Positions 63,401-64,000 of a DNA stretch of 64,000 bases are shown in pieces. The notes under the pieces were generated by a model that was not told where the DNA came from, did not search any database, and saw only the letters and a list, made by a program, of their open reading frames with translations. Numbering within the stretch: position 1 is the stretch's first letter; the number at the start of each line of letters is the position of its first letter. This DNA is from a virus (lineage: Duplodnaviria > Caudoviricetes), in IMG/VR virus record IMGVR_UViG_3300032232_001064, positions 1-64,000 of that record. One strand, written 5' to 3'. The position numbers and the translations under genes are program-made.

Positions 63401-63999
63401 TAGGGGCTTTTGGCTTCACCAGAGATGTAGCCGGCACCATTTGGCGTAACTGAACTTGTTGTCTTGCCGTAAGGCGTGTCAAGTGCACGCTTAGCGTCGG
63501 CCATCCGATACCAAGTGTTCGTGCTGATGTAGTCGCCATCTGACATCGCCTGCACGAAGTTGCTTATATTCGTTGCAACGCTCAGAGAGATGCCGTTCGA
63601 GATGATCTGGTTGCTGTCCGTTGAGAAGTACGGACGATCAATTGTTCCACCGTCGAGACCTCCAGCCCATGCGACAAGGTCGGCTTTGCCGGCTTCATCT
63701 AGAATGCCAGGCGTGCCGTCAAACGACGCGTACGCAGGATCCTTTGAGACATTCTTAAGTAGCGCCTTGTACTGCTTAGGCGTAAACATGTCAGACTTGC
63801 TGTTGGCGATCTTCTTTCGAAGATCGTCTGTCGGGTTCTGACGAGCAAAGTCAACAGCCTTTTGCCACTCGGGATTGTCGAACGAAGAAAATGTCGGATT
63901 CTTTATCTGCTTCTGAATCCAAGCTTCAGCTTTCTTCTCTGAATAGCTTGGCTTTTCATCATAAAGCCGTTTCTTAAATTCTGCCTTAAAGCCGGGAGC
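51412..63999 (-). CDS. Giant multi-enzyme (polyvalent) head-operon protein, at least 4195 aa, N-terminus outside window
   Basis: The frame is open from 63999 (APGFKAEFKK...KSDMFTP) to TAG at 51412. Domains: Nudix, 2x WYL-like, ART, HipA/PI3K-like kinase, DEDDh exonuclease, UvrD-like helicase, second ART. Confidence 0.9.
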   Translation of the reverse strand, partial: APGFKAEFKKRLYDEKPSYSEKKAEAWIQKQIKNPTFSSFDNPEWQKAVDFARQNPTDDLRKKIANSKSDMFTPKQYKALLKNVSKDPAYASFDGTPGILDEAGKADLVAWAGGLDGGTIDRPYFSTDSNQIISNGISLSVATNISNFVQAMSDGDYISTNTWYRMADAKRALDTPYGKTTSSVTPNGAGYISGEAKSPYVMQDFAGVDLPDYEPSMVSGAMDKADDALDAADDAPLGSKFREFMLSRAQTWSDLIGRVLDGTRAKPEDRTGHENLVADIEAVRNAKEVDVLPETKIYPPEGKDQKKEQLPPPSVAERQVLPPPTPGEQKQPLPPPTLPPAAEAPSAAKIDRDEVRWDATKGEYTDPSGDPLTQDQVESAGLDPSLRDAPAADIPELEKPAETAPTPEPEPAKPISWNGGTIRADKDGIAVGYGYSWGTADQIRDGSLTPPVLPLFIPLEGDTKSDENGEGYYFAENGKRYWGKYGGAGILPRTVGEDGVPRYMLGKRATWVSGGGGKWGFPGGAYKDRDSANDPVGTALEELSEELNMNLDYTPEVKGVHVNQVEPGWGYSTVIADIKPEDKDKYKIDGYETTDAGYFTADEILAMRDRGELHPAVADTIDDILKQAEAGAPEQVAPEVNAPEAAEPAAAALPTGSPRDITGKSPQDKIAQIEQAIADGTQVRFDYNGKERTFTPTGSWVNNQTGNTNVIGIDDSGEKRTFTVEKMVEKKTAPEIPEDASPLIGETVGNLRSQIEDAIGSKSPIRFDYNGKERVFTPERIYTNPNTGTTNVVGFSHGDGEDRTFIVDKIDALPVEVNDASVDDTMDKSAFDAAFDSIMDTPPGAYKVDIFREYQPQGRTNEKSADFTDDPVVLSSMFEVDELAQALKEAILPSSNGEPASGSGTLEFRDGPESVKAEALFEAINNQGHDGDLIVAAIYDSKLDPNREMTNVERINAEVTGMLDKPESNPFRNEIPVTNETLERLREPEIRQQPKMTPFAANVDRVTHEIMDFVETNDKYAEIGKVLQDLQDLTKEPTSWNIGRDLENTLEKLLPYALSKNSEENAAFAGFWGMLLSLDGGDSGIEEHLKTPWPRPGSEESTDQIFNAIFRHIGGDDTNVDENLVNEAKQLYDQIGADYGGFDHFNRERNDILNGYLPFERGDTVGHFFRLTKAAAKPNEVPLYRVVYVDNNDSDLLDLYTTEGSRFGFEPRSWGDRDLTDGSWDSQMIHAGRPGSRVVFEALPGELDSIEAKKFSWFPENEHFGYGDLEVVSVRKQPLAYGKTGDEYVVQVRRTPKQPSAQEVVETAVPEETPNAPSAQEQKAPSKIAYTGMENWKQFAAGTGSNQGGFFRDPQGNEYYVKVPRSQSHAEVEALAASFYEELGVNVAGTGLGDKNGELRIVSPLVPNADTSGFIDAMDVNDSKILDAVREDFVVDAWLGNYDVIGYVADGSTNIVLDKNGEPVRVDQGGTLIWSATGKPKGGLFARNANHLDIMRDPDTYPQAARVFEGATDEQLRIGAMKVRDIAPSRIDEMVDQMISDPEQAALIKDKLKSRRQDIIDRFNLPEGNEDPNLFPEPVPLTESMGFEAQDLQPGDITAGDSFVIEKVFRDESTPKGKVSVQGYYPGHESQRKEWNESTTIDAARGSTLPPKGDKPALHRPSAPKKPKQGGFTGQMEEMLTGVDNWQEAADVIRGTEMVFFDYETTGIRTADTPDELNRPVQLGAVRVRDGKVVERFNVYMNPEFRLSGWSRDNLFQGDGQPVTDEFLAQQMSMAEAHRQFIEFAGESPILGGQNVPFDLEVLQRTLSEQGLEMNIAGTIDSMDMAGSTLPKWTKANPDGPFIETSSGQIRASKSLGPVADYLNVGISGWHSADVDAEASWNIIDAMLTRAIDKPDTPTDLLDADGRFEARKLDKAEYDAALEQYKDDLAQYEMDKAVAAAWNCGTAGLTASIGSNGPCSTPDPDDLIKAATPQPDDGVDPDGLPSSLAGSQNIDHHSGDGVDVRDPYADEKFPPTEQQREIIDAVMTGEDTVVRALAGTGKTSTLQLIARRFKKEKPKDRIIYVAFNKGIQEEAAGKFPDNVEARTADSIAWAAVGKDITDKRKNNKSNVFPSEVAKRFGITSITINRGTDEEQTLTPRETVALVKKGINNFGISADDEISPRHFDLVDPPQELVDWANMMWDDLNDPKGWLPVTNTHVTKMWALSRPDLSKQGAGLKTPANTIFFDEAQDINPVIGKVIADQSIQKVYVGDGNQAIYAFRGAEDELQKVEATHDLPLTKSWRFGPQVAGIGNRFLSLLGSKYRIEGAGPDGEIVDRGSMDNADAVLVRSNAGAIKAIFDQLELGRTVGVSANYKNSLEDFSDTARWLMDGAFPAEKPKNISDELAQYRSWDEVLKDAKDGENRRLKLFVDLIDEIGIDGLNDMLSRVKVHKGGEDGKAKPVDLVDAVDMSSGMSGLVVDTPKGPLNYSVTGDTIALGGATFDVKDQIKAAGFAWNKDNKTWVRSVSSPEGRADAVNKLKKSLSGGDEGIDVVVTTAHRSKGLEWDNVKIYDDFWGPRIDKNTGETIMPSPEEMRLAYVAVTRAKKRLDPGALDWVYGYTSNDDELPNVPGKNVPEGFAPPTGEPVDFMAPPTGPAVDLPPPGAPEAPNAPEVPETPQAPEAPEVPEVSEAPNAPEVVETPQAPEAPAAIDPAVRKAELDKYELVDNGDGEWDAKGNESSYLREDYYGNWDVTVDNVNVGNKKTLEEAQAFYNEKVAEAVDAKLNAELQSTEERNAATPEVPHEEVSAGETGTPETPDGVEPTGSLPPVNTPEFDEQMSEIVADLNDTLDALKGMPSQTKQFKDLLNEALDIADRYTKGDITFEEAASELQDLSAKLDGLPEKGPNTIFTRASITNLHRLFADRPIGKGLPPDGSGLGYSKEGIFITPGMRVRDKWGFAGTVIRYNEADYINVYIIQDVDPRDPDKVKKGKWGPKANTTSKNTKTLTVIKEGDDNSPWLDTGKVPESKKPKNLEEQLRLLEEMNGRDDGEGPVGVVEPGPAPDSGGGGEAGEPEAGTTEALRENVEEQKKEEAWAGGEEERKPAPSNGIQQVPATDAEPGPLKPSPNDGKYGFSVGDTLTYRATGGDLRTGTVVEIQDDVKNGEPGFVIRNSDGTEFWGYNDQIESIKKAEEKPKPAFAPPSGAPVNTPEMTTKLGTHVATPDLTQEGSNAAPDHTPRDKELLEKMIAEGPNAVGSEFTANWVNHLAEFRDSGVVDQEATNAIEMIEMLGDSDALYAASEEFALLQNLRAGIAIFTEAGPQEAMKETSTFKRTPKDKPITGVEDYVYMTMIGKGKLTPESFYTDLARYYDDPSLIDKEMTPASAFLRAMRSAGVKENTSYARWVKFDVPLNDESHPLHQLSYVGQEFDLRPSSWTFENNLGNVVREFDNGAFQGSPSDYAKSQLLDTGDVVLVVDGVQAFNISGTSALPYEVESVVSNGKYRVVSVEPYMMPLSVDEEYGEITEFLPTTRIRLESIDKPPATETPEPVAPEPVEAPEVDPNVLPIGDFSSSHIEGSGSLQEAMSKTSGTPQAIMASLVDGDDIEDLVVKVSVLERFGSKSDDLGGQELRHVMTLKLTEATGFKLYNKARGKKDGWKQHKEGSGIEYRTFDPVSGTFSSDPSKMSWSDYVYGANTEAFEYLDPDKRFRIVAMPRDFSQLHGQKPSVTANAVNIEFSETYPSDEAVQDALAVLGVKEPRQAAPADLHLAVGKKLIRSLSGVRNPTDAEYYLAQIKKDFGVAPEDFTVRTNSSGFIDVLGPQELADKIIEKTKLSGLTHDFSLHGVTAERKAEYLVNIILNGDNSPGALMSAAQRFQLGLIYEGLSTSDDLKSGAGDYVFLSQKGEMQSPHLIDEHLTYSGTATVIFDDHKVLRRVDTWANSDDLFGATAAHDDYLANIGTGYYEFMLKNHASLLDATAIVVSEDQRTVVLDLLRQRNVSEINGIPIEDFIGIAGRGPVTERGRFEKAELEKFGERLVEDAPNARDFIESARDDRNGPLSNNYDLWGMDNLGGVTGVPKIALYNPKTGQIIAYKTTGNGTPLVFRIESFNSTEPRRLAILGLQEVQALDPDSPKWVKFGKYGHSGEELAGFDLAQDRLKTVDAIMYAFRGGQMSGEDVYDALLVMLRLDLPDDVRTMIVNYLYGSSGGLKKFGPAYR

Positions 64000-64000
64000 A

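Noticed and set aside
51412-63789. ATG 63789 as start of the giant protein
   Set aside because: The frame stays open to 63999, so the true start is outside the window.
1-64000. Alternative genetic code, diversity-generating retroelement, integrase/prophage boundary, tRNA or rRNA genes
   Set aside because: Genes are full length under code 11 and use TAA, TAG and TGA as stops; no reverse transcriptase, TR/VR pair, integrase, host genes or RNA-gene structure recognised by eye (tRNAscan/Infernal not run).

Overview
A 64-kb internal segment of a large tailed (siphovirus-like) dsDNA phage, most likely infecting an actinobacterium (WhiB gene, actinophage-type capsid/protease/tail genes). Three blocks: (i) 1-7.9 kb, a + strand block of collagen-like and small tail/fibre-type virion proteins followed by a SAM methyltransferase and a GT4 glycosyltransferase; (ii) 7.9-26.4 kb, a minus-strand replication/nucleotide block (WhiB, DenV-like glycosylase, C5-methyltransferase homolog, NTP pyrophosphatases, two GT-B glycosyltransferases, nucleotidyltransferase/HAD/kinase trio, SSB, Sak4-like ATPase, Cas4-like nuclease, SNF2 helicase, RuvC-like resolvase, PolA, two deaminases, an Asp-type thymidylate-synthase homolog and a dNMP kinase-UDG-like fusion) that reads as a cytosine hypermodification system; (iii) 26.5-64 kb, a minus-strand morphogenesis operon (tail fibre, hub, Dit, tape measure, tail chaperones with a predicted -1 frameshift, neck, major tail, major capsid, a 1558-aa protease polyprotein) headed by a giant ORF of at least 4195 aa that runs off the window and carries Nudix, WYL-like, ADP-ribosyltransferase, kinase, exonuclease and helicase domains. 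Best novelty candidates: the modification locus, especially a C5-MTase homolog whose catalytic motifs are intact but whose SAM-binding motifs are eroded, and the giant multi-enzyme head-operon protein. No portal, terminase, lysin, integrase, tRNA, rRNA or CRISPR array was recognised in the window. All family calls come from motif reading, not database searches.
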